Shown here in pieces: positions 36,242 through 48,389 of a stretch of DNA of 64,000 nt. Within the stretch, counting starts at the first letter, position 1. Every line of letters begins with the position of its first letter. Origin of the DNA: Eutreptiella sp. 'Long Island Sound 2002' (taxonomy: Eukaryota > Protista > Euglenida); the NCBI GenBank assembly GCA_964036045.1, contig OZ038379.1:30318001-30382000 (forward strand), written 5' to 3'. The notes beneath the pieces were generated by a model. That model saw only the letters and a list, made by a program, of their open reading frames with translations, was not told the origin of the DNA and did no database searches. A program made the position numbers and the translations under genes.

Positions 36242-38558
36242 TCAAATTCCTAAAGAGCAAAGAGCAAAAGGGACACAGGGGGGAACGGGGGGAGCAGGGC
36301 AGGCAGGGACACACAAACCCAACTCACTGATTTCCACTGCGCGCAAAGCGCGCCAAAGCATACACCCAAACCCAAACCCAAACCTAGGCCCAAACCAAAA
36401 CCCGCACCCGAACCCACCCCCAACCCCTAGCCCAAACCCAAGTCCAAACCCACACCCAAGCCCAAACCCACACCTAGGCCCAAGCCCAAACCCACACCCA
36501 GCCCCAAACCCAAACCCAAGCCCAAACCCCCACCCAAGCCCAAACCCGCAAACCTGCATATTCTTGGTGGCCTTCAGAAGCGCCAGCATCATTTGCATCA
36601 TATCTGCGCTGACGGGCGCGGCCATGGATAGGAGCACAAGAAAGAAGAGAGCTGAGGAACGGGGGTGGTGCAGAGGGGGTGGTCTCCAGTGCAGCCCTGG
36701 GAACACAAGGCACATGTCGAACAACATCATGTTGGTGGAGATGAATGTGAAAGTACAAGAAAACCCATTGCAACACTTGCCGCAGGGCGTCGGCGTCCAA
36801 ATCCATGGATGCCTGCGAGCGACCGCAGCTGGCGGTCCCAGTAGCCGTTTGCCTGCCACCGCCCCGGGCACTGTGTTCGTTGAAAGCCTGCTTCAGGAAG
36901 CGGTTAAGGCTTTCGACAATGTCATTGGAGAACATTGCCAATCCGAACGGCCAAACGTTGTCCAATACGCGATCCGCATCCTCCTCCAGGAACAGGAGGT
37001 AATGGGATGCGGACCTAGGAGCACAATGCTCCCGGAAGGCGGCTGCCGCCGCCCGGCATTGGGGACGCGTACCCACCTGATAGGTGTGGTACAGGTCCTT
37101 CAAAAGCTTCGCCATCCCCATCACAGCCCTATAGAGGGGCTCCTCCGGCCCAACCGACAGCAACAATGCAACATCGGGCCAAGCCGCAAACAGGCGCGAC
37201 GTCTCCTCACCATCCGGGGAACAATCCTTGCCTAGGCGGCACCCAGTGCGATGCTCATGCAATACCGCCTGAATCGCCGCACGGGACACCTCATCGCCCC
37301 CGGCTAGCCGCTCTGCCGCCAACCGCTCAATGTTGGTCATTTGCAACCGGCCCATCGCCATGCAACAGTGCAGAATGCACATGACAATGCGGCACCGGGC
37401 AATGACCACCACTGGTTCCACGGAACAACCTGCGGCCTTCAGCGATGGTGTTCCCAACAAGAAGGACGTCCGCTGTGCGTGGTCCGACTTGGTGGTCCGG
37501 ACCACGTCTTTGCCCCGCCACACAGCGGCGTCGGAGTCCCAAATCCCCTCGTTGTATAGTGACCCCACTTGTGGGGCCGGTGTGATCCCGATAATGCGGC
37601 GCACCCAGGGGGAATCACCACCGAGCCAGGCATCGGCCGCTTCCTCATGGGAATTGAAGACCACCCTGTGGGTGTCCACGACCTCCTGGATGGCCTAAGA
37701 AAAAAACATCAATTTTGTTGGAACCAGATTGTTCCGCTGGCGGTTCCAACGAAACACTTGAACGTCGCCGGAACGTCGCCGGAACAAGTTATCGGAACGT
37801 CGCCGGAACAACACGGTGTGTGCGCGGCACACCTTAACATTGTCTTCCCAATGGGTTGCTAGGGTCGCCATCGCTTTGTCCCCGCAAATTGCGAGGCCGA
37901 TGACCCACACGCAGGCGGGAATTCGTCCCCAAAGGCCCATGTTGGCGATGGACACAGACAATTGGGACCACTCCCCGCCTGCGCAGGGGTAGCCATCCCC
38001 CCTGACAATGAAAGTCAGGGGGAACGACCAATCGATCATGCGGCACAACGGGGGTTGGCTAGCAATGTAGCGCAGCCATGATGCCCACGGCCAACTGATG
38101 CCCGTGGCCTTGAGATCTGAAGTGCTCACCGCGGGGGCCAGCTCCAAGGGGGCCAGTAGATCTTGCCAGCGCTGCTCGAAAGCCCTCTCAGGGCAAATCG
38201 GACGGGCGAATGGAAGGCCCGTGGTCGCGGTGTACTTCAGCCCCCGGAGGGTGTACACTTCCGAGAGCGTGCGCCAAGCGGATTCGGGCGCACGCAGGTT
38301 GAGGATGAGCTCGCAACACTCATCGGGGGGGAGCACCTCGGAGGCGTACTTGGCGATTGCCCCCTGCTGTATCTCTCGTACACAGCTTGGTTGGGCCAAG
38401 CGCACGGGCACCGCAAATTGGCGGCGGGCGTGTGGAGAGGAGATGGCCCATTCCGCTATGAGGTCCCCATCAAGATCCCCGTCCCGGAGGCTAACAGCAC
38501 TAGCCAAATGGACGAGGTGGGTGGTTAGTTGCGCAACGCGTGTTTGCGATCTAGGCAT
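36242..38558 (-). CDS. DDE transposase, 624 aa after splicing (exons 38558-37833, 37694-36554, 36249-36242)
   Basis: GT-AG introns 37832-37695 and 36553-36250 give an uninterrupted frame. Motifs RGDG (D at 37995-37997), LGGDS (D at 37614-37616), CILH and SNDIVESLN (E at 36912-36914). Confidence 0.85.
36362..36552. repeat. Degenerate (CCCAAA)n hexamer tract filling transposase intron 2
   Basis: Visible cccaaa/cccaag/cccaca units inside intron 36553-36250. Confidence 0.9.
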
Positions 38559-41500
38559 GATGAAGCTACAACAATGAACTACGAAGCGAAATTTGGCAAT
38601 GCATACCTCTAGGGGAAGATGCCCGTAGACCCACCGAGCATTCAGGCAAGGAACAAATACCAAAATGGGACCCTAGGCATGGCCACAATGCACAAATCAA
38701 ACGGGAGAATGGGGAAGCCAACGTTGAAAAGTAATACAACGCTGCGTCTGAACTACAAGAAACAGCAGGCTTGCAAATGGATACGAAAAGTTCGAAATGT
38801 GTACACCTAGTGGAAGGTGGCACCAACGGCTCACAAGATGTCAACATGGCCCCGATGGGAAAGACAAGCCTTGGACGCGTTATACATGCAAGAAAGAGAC
38901 AAAAAACATCATTTACGAACTTGGAAACTCATGGTGATGGATCTGGTTATCTGGCCTGCGACACTTGTTCCAGTGGTGTTCCCAACGAGATTGTTCCGGT
39001 GGGAATTGTTCCCATTGGGAATATTCCAGTCGGGAACAACATTGGGTTTCAAACGCGTACCAAGGGGGGCAGGTTAGGGCCGGCTGACATTGAATCTCCC
39101 TCTCGGGCAAATTACAGTGCTTTGTCCAAGCAGTACCCCAAGAACAAGCTGGCTGTGGGCAATGCCTAGGACAGGTAGGCAACTACCACCCGGTTCTGCC
39201 ATTGTTGCGGATCCATGCCCACCACATGGCTGTGGCGATTGCACACACCATCCTAGGGACACCTTTTGAAGGCCCTCCGCGAAACCACCGGGAACGGGGT
39301 GAATAGGGTCGCCATCCCGCATGGCAACGCCACCGCCTGTACCACCTCGCTCGCATGGGCAACGGCGTCCCCCACTGCCGGTGGCCATCCGTCGTGTGCC
39401 CCCTCCACCACGTCACGCAACAGCTCGGCGTAGTGGGTAGAGCGAGTAGCCTGGATGGTGCCGGCCCTGACAATTGTCCACATGACCAGGAGCAGTTCCT
39501 ATTGGTCGGCCAAAGGCACCTAGGCTGACTGTGGGCAGGCGGCAGGCATCAACAAGCATGCACCACCTCCTAGCAAATCTCCGTCCCGCTTGCCTTGGGC
39601 TGCGCCCTGTCAGCCACCTCTGTGGCCACCAGTCGTAGATCGGGCGCTGCTCAATCTCTTGTACACTCCAACTCATTGTTATCCATGGGTACCACATCTA
39701 CCGCCTGCCATAAACCTGTCGCGCTAGACTTAGCCTCCCTTGCGCCCACACCTGTCGGCGGACAAACGGCAACAGCCAAGACCCTAGCGAGCGCCGCCCC
39801 CACGTGAACTTCCACAACCAGCTCCTACACGAGTGGATCCGTGGGCTCACTATCACCCTTTCCTTCCTCCAATGGAGGCACAGCTACCGACGCCGCACGA
39901 GCCTCGCTCTCAACCCCCGGCACACTGCTCTCCGGTGCGCCCTCGGCGGTATCATCCCCCCCTCGCCCTACAATCGTGCCACATGAACTGGCTCCCAACA
40001 ACATGTGCGGCCTGCCTCGCACATGCCACCACAACCAACCGGGCGGACCCAGCCGGAGTGGAGAGATGATTCCGGCTAGAAGTGAGGTCGAGGACTGTGG
40101 TGCGGGCCACCAACTCCAACTGCACCTCTTCATCTGCACGCGCGGCGAGGACAATCTCCAAGCTCTCGGGTTCAAAGCCACCAGAGACGCACGGTGCCCC
40201 GGGAGCATGGGCAAATTCGTTCGCACCTCTTGAGAGGGGAGATGTGCATCTGCTCCGCTCCAAAGCACCGTGTGGAGGCCCTGCTCTGCCAACCCATTAA
40301 GCCCCGCTGCGATGAGGAAGCACAATACGGCCATCGCGTGGCGTTCGTCCTTCTCCGCCGTCGGGATGTCCCCCGGACGGCGAACAAAGACCACGGTGCC
40401 GACCAACTGGACGCAGCAGACTTGTTTATCCAACGTGGGTGCCACGGCTAGGCTCAGCCCCCTAGCGACACTGGCCTGCGGGAGGAGCTCACACCGCTCC
40501 AACGTCCTGGCAAGCTGAAAAGCCTATGGCAGCCCACGGGCCAAGAGCCGAGACTCGTGGACACCTTTGGGCGCATGAAACCTGTGGTGCCGCTCCTCAC
40601 AACCCCAAAAGGGAGGCGGCAGCAATGCCTTGACCAACGGGAGCAGTGGCGCAGTTGCCAGGACCACGTTCACTCCAACCTATACGTTGCGCCCGGCATC
40701 GGCCCGGTATCCTCCTTCCGCTGCATCCACCTCCAACACACCCCGTTCTTCCGCTACCGCCTCTTGCTCGTACCGGCCCGTATCCAACGAAGGCGCCGCA
40801 CCCGTTGACCTGCTTGGTCCGGCGCGGGGGGGTAGAGCAGCAACAGTAGAAGAGGCGGCTTCGCTTCTTGCCACGTGGTCCCGCCCGCCTTCTTCAGCCG
40901 CTGCAAGCAATCATTCGCGCAAGGTTGCAGCAACTCAACGGTCTTCCTACCAATGGCGAGATCCATGGTGAAGTGCAACCCGACAAGGCACGGCTCACTG
41001 CCAACCTCCTTGCAGCAAACCCGGTCCCATATCCACGGCTCCTACCGTACGTGCCACCCACGTGCCGTACGCGCAGGTGCCCGCCCCACGGGCCTTGGGG
41101 CCTTGCCTCGCATATCTCCACTTGGCACTTCCCCGGTGGTAGATGCAAACACCGCACCAACTGCCGCGGCGAGAGTTGCAGAGGCTAGTGCCTCGAGCCG
41201 CTCCACTGTGGGCACTAGATCACGATGCTCCTCCACCCCTCGCGCACCATCCGCTAGCACCCCACGCAGCAGTCCCCCTTCGGAAATTCTCACACCCGCC
41301 CTCTTAGCACTCCGTGCAGCCACCTGCGCACAAGATGTACCACTTGCACCTGAGATGGAGTGGCCTCCTCCGTGCACCCCTTCACGATCTAGCACCGCTT
41401 TCTCGTATTGTCCCACCAGATGCATCAACGCCTCGCTGTCCGCCAATGTGGGTGCCGCGGGTCTCACAACGCCCAATCGTTGGAGATTTGGAGGGCGAGA

Positions 41501-42242
41501 CAATCCCGCTGCTGCGGCTACGGCATATGCCCTTCCCTCACTCAATCGCTGCCCCTGCAACTGAACCGCAGCGGGCTGGCTATTAGGGCACATGCGGTAT
41601 GCGCCAGCGGTCGCCGTGTAGGGTCCCGGGGGGGGGGGGGGGGGGCTGAGGATGCGTTGGCACGGCGGTAGGGTGAAAAGGTTGTCGGTAGTGGTGAGGC
41701 GGGGCTCCAGGAAACGGCCCAAGAAATCCCAGGGCCCGCGGTTCATCTCCGGCTTGGAAGTGACCCCGTAGCCGGTTTGCGGGAAGAGGGTGTCGTCCAT
41801 TGTGAAAAGGCCAACGAAGACATGGCACCACCACGCGGAGTGCCATAGCTACGACACTGCATTGCCGGCGGGAGCCCCAGCACGGGCCTTGTGCTGCCGC
41901 CATGCCCTTGGCGAACCACAAGTCCCAACGCGTGGGGGGCAATCGCATATGCCCACGCCCCTAGATTCCTCAACAACAGCAATTTGGGGGTTTTTGGGAT
42001 GCCCATGGCCAATGCTACATCGGATGGCCTCAAAAACACCATGTTAGGCAATGGTCTTGCCCTGGTGTGTGTCTACAGCACGGGATGGGCATCTAGGGCC
42101 ACGGTTTGCCCCCGACTGTCCCCCATTTTTGCCCATACAAAATGAAAAAATCTCCACAAAGGACACGGTGAAAGTTGTGCAATACAATATTGTGGTGCAG
42201 GGAACTAGGCCTCCGCCCTCATTCATGACATTATACCAAGTA

Positions 42243-42256
42243 ATACATACATACAT

Positions 42257-42289
<33 letters not shown>

Positions 42290-42290
42290 A
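42243..42290. repeat. (TACA)n(TA)n microsatellite (duplicated at ~45250-45292)
   Basis: Directly visible. Confidence 0.95.
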
Positions 42291-42750
42291 GTAGGATATA
42301 GGATACAAGGGTAAATAGAGAAGTGATATCGCCGCCCTCACATCCGCCTTTGCCCTCTCGGCACGGCCCTTGCACCTTGGGAGGCTGTCCTCTACGTACA
42401 CCACAGCTGCCACCTCGGGGTGGGCCCAGTGGACCTAGTAAACAAGTGGTAAAAAAATAAACAAGAAAATAGTACCGGTGATAAAGAGGCAACCTGCAGC
42501 CAGGGGGGGGGGGGTGGAAAAAATTCGCGCGATTTTTTTTTTGTACCCCCCCCCTCTGGGGGTACCCCCCGAAAAAAAAGCTGGCACCCCATGTAAGAAT
42601 TTTTTTCCGCCAGGAGGAACCTCTTTACTTTGTGCTACTTGAACTTGCATGCCACCTTCACTTTGCCACATTGTAGGACGTTGGCACACGAACTACTTGT
42701 CAGATAAAAGTAAGTGGGGTTTTTTTTTGCATGGCGCCACTGATTTCTCT

Positions 42751-42900
42751 CCAGTAGCGGGGGACACCTGTTAAATGCAATCGTCAGCCCGCGGACAAGG
42801 GGCCCCTGGCGCGGGACGCAGCCACCTCCAGTAGCGGGGGACGCTTGTTAAATGCAATCGCCAGCCCGCGGACAAGGGGCCCGTGGCGCGGGACGCTGCC
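42751..42900. repeat. 77-bp tandem dimer (duplicated at ~45750-45900)
   Basis: ccagtagcggggg...tgttaaatgcaatcg at 42751 and 42828. Confidence 0.9.
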
Positions 42901-45262
42901 ACCCACATTGAGCATTGTGTCCGATCCATCCACTCGTCAAGCGGAGCTGCTAGCCTTGCTAGCGGTGCCCCACTCAGCAATGAGTGTGGGCGCAGCGTGG
43001 AACCGCGTGGCCACCACTGTTTGGTGGCCCGTTGTGGAAACCCGGGAGTGGACTTGCGGTACACAATGTGAAATGTGGAGTGTTCCACTTGTTTGTTTGT
43101 TTGTTTCACATCAAGGGAGGGCGAAGAAAGCATGAGAGGGAGAGGGTCCAATGAACAATAATCCATCAAGATTTGGGTCCAATTGTACGTGTTATTTGCT
43201 TTTGCTTCTCGCAGACTTTTTAGATGTCGTCCGCGATCAACATCGCATGGGGCCAACGGGATGCCCATGGGTGGACATGTCCCTGTGGTGAGCGCTTATC
43301 AATTCTAGCTACACCCGACACGCAGTCCTACCAGTTGCATTGCCAGGGCAAGAAGCAACGTGCAGGCATTTCCCCCGTTGTCCAGGGACGCCAACCGTCC
43401 ATGACGCGCTTTTTCAACACCTCGTCCCAAGGGTCGCAGCCCTCTCAGCTACAATCCCAGGAATCCTCAAGGGCATCAGAAGACCCCAGTAGCCCAGGTT
43501 CCGGGGCTAGTGAACCCTTGGCACCGCTCCAACGTCCCGGCAAGTTGAAAAGCCTATGGCAGCCCACGGGCCAAGAGCCGAGACTCGTGCACACCCTTGG
43601 GCGCATGAAACCTGTGGTGCCGCTCCTCACAACCCCAAAAGGGAGGCGGCAGCAATGCCTTGACCAACGGGAGCAGTGGCGCAGTTGCCAGGACCACGTT
43701 CACTCCAACCTATACGTTGCGCCCGGCATCGGCCCGGTATCCTCCTTCCGGTGCATCCACCTCCAACACACCCCGGCCTTCCGCTACCGCCTCTTGCTCG
43801 TACCGGCCCGTATCCAACGAAGGCGCCGCACCCGTTGACTTGCCTGGTCCGGCGTGGGGGGGGTAGAGCAGCAACAGTAGAAGAGGCGGCTTCGCCTCTT
43901 GCCACGTGGTCCCGCCCGCCTTCTTCACCCGCTGCAAGTAATCATTCGCGCACGGTTGCAGCAACTCAACGGTCTTCCTACCAATGGCGAGATCCATGGT
44001 GAAGTGCAACCCGACAAGGCACGGCTCACTGCCAACCTCCTTGCAGCAAACCCGGTCCCATATCCACGGCTCCTACCGTACCTGCCACCCACGTGCCGTA
44101 CGCGCAGGTGCCCGCCCCACGGGCCTTGGGGCCTTGCCTCGCATATCTCCACTTGGCACTTCCCCGGTGGTAGATGCAAACGCGGCACCAACTGCCGCGG
44201 CGAGAGTTGCAGAGGCTGGTGCCTCGAGCCGCTCCACTCTGGGCACTAGATCACGATGCTGCTCCACCCCTCCCGCACCATCCGCTAGCACCCCACGCAG
44301 CAGTCCCCCTTCGGAAATTCTCACACCCGCCCTCTTAGCACTCCGTGCAGCCACCTGCGCACAAGATGTACCACTTGCACCTGAGATGGAGTGGTCTCCT
44401 CCGTGCACCCCTTCACGATCTAGCACCGCTTTCTCGTATTGTCCCACCAGATGCATCAACGCCTCGCTGTCCGCCAATGTGGGTGCCGCGGGTCTCACAA
44501 CGCCCAATCGTTGGAGATTTGGAGGGCGAGACAATCCCGCTGCTGCCGCTACGGCATATCCCCTCCCCTCACTCAATCGCTGCCCTTGCAACTGGACCGC
44601 ACCGGGCTGGCTATTAGGGCACATGCGGTATGCGCCAGCGGTCGCCGTGTAGGGTCCTGGGGGGGCGGGTCGCTGAGGATGCGTTGGCACGGCGGTAGGG
44701 TGAAAAGGTGGTCGGTAGTGGTGAGGCGGGGAATCCCAGGGCCCGCGGTTCATCTCCGGCTTGGAAGTGACCCCGTAGCCGGCCTGCGGGAAGAGGGTGT
44801 CGTCCATTGTGAAAAGGCCAACGAAGACATGGCACCACCACGCGGAGTGCCACAGCTACGACACTGCATTGCCGGCGGGAGCCCCAGCACGGGCCTTCTG
44901 CTGCCGCCATGCCCTTGGCGAACCACAAGTCCCAACGCGTGGGGGGCAATCGCATATGCCCACGCCCCTAGATTCCTCAACAACAGCAATTTGTGGGTTT
45001 TTGGGATGCCCATGGCCAATGCTACATCGGATGGCCTCAAAAACACCATGTTAGGCAATGGTCTTGCCCTGGTGTGTGTCTACAGCAAGGGATGGGCATC
45101 TAGGGCCAGGGTTGCCCCCGACTGTCCCCCATTTTTGCCCATACAAAATGAAAAAATCTCCACAAAGGACACGGTGAAAGTTGTGCAATACAATATTGTG
45201 GTGCAGGAAACTAGGCCTCCGCCCTCATTCATGACATTATACCAAGTAATACATACATACAT

Positions 45263-45293
<31 letters not shown>

Positions 45294-46221
45294 GGATATA
45301 GGATACAAGGGTAAATAGAGAAGTGATATCGCCGCCCTCACATCCGCCTTTGCCCTCTCGGCACGGCCCTTGCACCTTGGGAGGCTGTTCTCTACGTACA
45401 CCACAGCTGCCACCTCGGGGTGGGCCCAGTGGACCTGGTAAACAAGTGGTAAAAAAATGAACAAGAAAATAGTACCGGTGATAAAGAGGCAACCTGCAGC
45501 CAGGGGGGGGGGTGGAAAGAATTTCTCGCGATTTTTTTCGTACCCCCCCCCCTCTGGGGGTACCCCCCGAAAAAAAAGCTGGCACCCCATGTAAGAATTT
45601 TTTTCCGCTAGGAGGAACCTCTTTACTGTGTGGTACTTGAACTTGCATGCCACCTTCACTTTGCCACATTGTAGGACGTTGGCACATGAACTACTTGTCA
45701 GATAAAAGTAAGTGGGTTTTTTTTTTGCATTGCGCCATTGATTTCTCTCCAGTAGCGGGGGACACCTGTTAAATGCAATCGTCAGCCCGCGGACAAGGGG
45801 CCCCTGGCGCGGGACGCAGCCACCTCCAGTAGCGGGGGACACTTGTTAAATGCAATCGTCAGCCCGCGGACAAGGGGCCCCTGGCGCGGGACGTTGCCAC
45901 CCACATTGAGCATTGTGTCCGATCCATCCACTCCTCAAGCGGAGCTGCTAGCCTTGCTAGCGGTGCCCCGCTCAGCAATGAGTGTGGGCGCAGCGTGGAA
46001 CCGCGTGGCCACCAGTGTTTGGCGGCCCGTTGTGGAAACCCGGGAGTGGAATTGCGGTACACAATGTGAAATGTGGAGTGTTCCACTTGTTTGTTTGTTT
46101 GTTTCACAGCAAGGGAGGGCGAAGAAAGCATGAGAGGGAGAGGGTCCAATGAACAATAATCCATCAAGATTTGGGTTCAATTGTACGTGTTATTTGCTTT
46201 TGCTTCTCGCAGACTTTTTAG

Positions 46222-47073
46222 ATGTCGTCCGCGATCAACATCGCATGGGGCCAACGGGATGCCCATGGGTGGACATGTCCCTGTGGTGAGCGCTTATCAA
46301 TTCTAGCTACACCCGACACGCAGTCCTACCAGTTGCATTGCCAGGGCAAGAAGCATCGCGCAGGCATTTCCCCCGTTGTCAAGGGACGCCAACTGTCCAT
46401 GACGCGCTTTTTCAACACCTCGTCCCAAGGGTCGCAGCCCTCTCAGCTACAATCCCAGGAATCCTCAAGGGCATCAGAAGACCCCAGTAGCCCACGACCC
46501 GGGGCTACTGAACCCTTGGCACTGTCACTCTCGCCTACTGTGTTGCCTAAGTGCATGGGTGCTTTGCCACTGGGTGTGCCTAGTCTGATTGCCCTTTGTG
46601 GGCGTTATCCACTGATGCTCCACTCCCAAGAGAGAGTGCACTCGATATATGTGGATGGAGTTGGTTGTTTCTTGCGTGACCCGCCATGCAAGGGTGAGGC
46701 TCAAGTCGATGACAATGGGCATTTGGTGCCTTGCACCCCATGCGAAGCACTTCCGCGGGACCCCACAATGTGCAAATGGATGCGCGATCCCCTCCGGGGG
46801 TACCCCCCGAAAAAAAAGCTGTACGCCGGTACCAGGAATTTTTTTCTACCCCTTCGCCACTGCTTGCAGCATTCCGCACCAGGGCGTGATCGTAACATTG
46901 CAGACAACTTCACCATAGAGTTCCACTATCAAAGACGAGCACAAGAAGTGTACCAACAACGCTATAGACTGTGGCGGTATGCCCAGATACTGAAGAGAGC
47001 AAACAAACAAGGAATGTTAAATCCTGTTGGGAATTCTAGAAATCAAGTGTTGCCACTGCATCGTCTGCCATAG
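46222..47073 (+). CDS. Putative transposon protein N-terminus: C-x-C...H...H zinc finger, PIP-box-like motif, second Cys cluster
   Basis: WTCPCGERL...YQLHCQGKKH, QLSMTRFF, RYPLMLH...C.G...CTPCEAL. A truncated duplicate starts at 43224. Confidence 0.5.
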   Translation: MSSAINIAWGQRDAHGWTCPCGERLSILATPDTQSYQLHCQGKKHRAGISPVVKGRQLSMTRFFNTSSQGSQPSQLQSQESSRASEDPSSPRPGATEPLALSLSPTVLPKCMGALPLGVPSLIALCGRYPLMLHSQERVHSIYVDGVGCFLRDPPCKGEAQVDDNGHLVPCTPCEALPRDPTMCKWMRDPLRGYPPKKKLYAGTRNFFLPLRHCLQHSAPGRDRNIADNFTIEFHYQRRAQEVYQQRYRLWRYAQILKRANKQGMLNPVGNSRNQVLPLHRLP

Positions 47074-48389
47074 ATCTCCCCAGTAGAACGCCTGTCTGCC
47101 ATGCAGGCGTAATTTGCTGAAAGGAGCCGATCGCTTGGAGACGACCCGTTGTCGTGACCCACGTCAAATTAGCATTGTGCAGAGCCATAGGGTGCCTCTC
47201 GTACGCCGTTTCTAGTGTGATAGACTGAGGCAGGCACTTCATGCACGTCCTTGACTAGAGAGCATCCATACTTCTCCTATCCAAGGTAGTAATCAGAATG
47301 CGGTGCATTATGGGGGAAAAGGGACTTGCGAACTGCCAATACATAGATAGAGGCACTGAGTCGAGAAAGGGGGGCGAATGCGGCTTCTTTTTCTGCAAGA
47401 AGGTCCTCACCAATGGATCTCCATAGAAGTGGTAATACCGAACGAATCTTTCGTGGGACGGCCCAACTCTCCGGGTACCGCACGGAATCTATGTCTGTAA
47501 TCGCACTGGAGCTCAAGATGCCGACCAGAAGAAATCGCGGGGCATTGTGGTGAAACCGAGAAGGGGGTAGCGGGAACCCCCCCCTTCTCGGATTGTGTTG
47601 ATCCCGACTCCAAACCAAACATATGTAGGTGGTCCAATTGGACGCGGGGTGTTTTCATAGCCTCTTGGGTGCCCACATGTGGAAAATTTTCCGTCGCGAT
47701 CCAATCGGCCGAAATGGGCCGTCTTTGTATTTGCCTTCTCGGACCTTGCCGCAGGGTTCCCAGAGGACTTTCTGATCAGGAACTCCTTCTCGAAATGACC
47801 TCTCGGACCCCCTTCGTGAAATTGAACATGCACAAGTGGCGCAATAAAAGACACTTCCCCAAGGCCATGTTATTCACTCATGTTCCTCTTTTGCCCTCTC
47901 CCTTTCTTGGTGGATGGGCTCCCAACACGTTGTCGCCCAACATCCAAACCATACATGCTGAGCAAATGCCGCTTGCCTCTGACTGAGACACGTGGACTCT
48001 TCAACGACCACGCACGGAAACTATTTTGAATGTGCACTTTATAGGCCGAGTTATTCTTCTCGGTCGGCACTGAACCAGAGAAGTACATTGTGCAGGACCA
48101 GAGCGAGTGCGGCCCTTTGCGGCCGCAGTGCCGGACCAGTGTTGATGGCGAGGCCCTTTGTGGCGCAGTGGCAAAAAGAGGCCCGCAGACTCCTAGTCTT
48201 CCGTTCGAGTAGCGTTGCGATGTGGTGCATAGCGCCGTCTCTGGGTGGACAAGGACGTTGCCCAGCGCCACATCGTGGCAAAGGGGCTTCGCGTCAACAG
48301 TAGAGCGCCACTGGGGCCATGAGCTCCATGTGAATGGTAGGGCCCAACTGGGGACCCTAACCCGGCGGCACCGCCATGAAAGGACATCA

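Larger units (their letters stand above)
32299..39068 (-). mobile_element. ~6.8-kb TIR DNA transposon with two intron-containing genes
   Basis: TIR cccttggt(g/a)cgcgtttgaaacccaatgttgttcc at 32299-32332 and 39033-39066 (33/34 match). GCAGG flanks both ends (32294-32298; 39069-39073), with 2 extra G in the right homopolymer. Confidence 0.93.
40492..46522. repeat. Head-to-tail tandem duplication of ~3.0 kb (A 40492-43521; B 43522-~46520)
   Basis: caccgctccaacgtcc at 40492 and 43522; atgtcgtccgcgatc at 43224 and 46222. Substitutions and small indels separate the copies. Confidence 0.96.

Noticed and set aside
36362-36552. Interstitial telomere
   Set aside because: Degenerate CCCAAA units inside a transposon intron; no TTAGGG array.
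41930-42060. Possible DNA methyltransferase motif IX/X (FLRPSDVALAMGIP...RNLGAWA)
   Set aside because: Weak resemblance only; no upstream FxGxG/PC/ENV motifs found.
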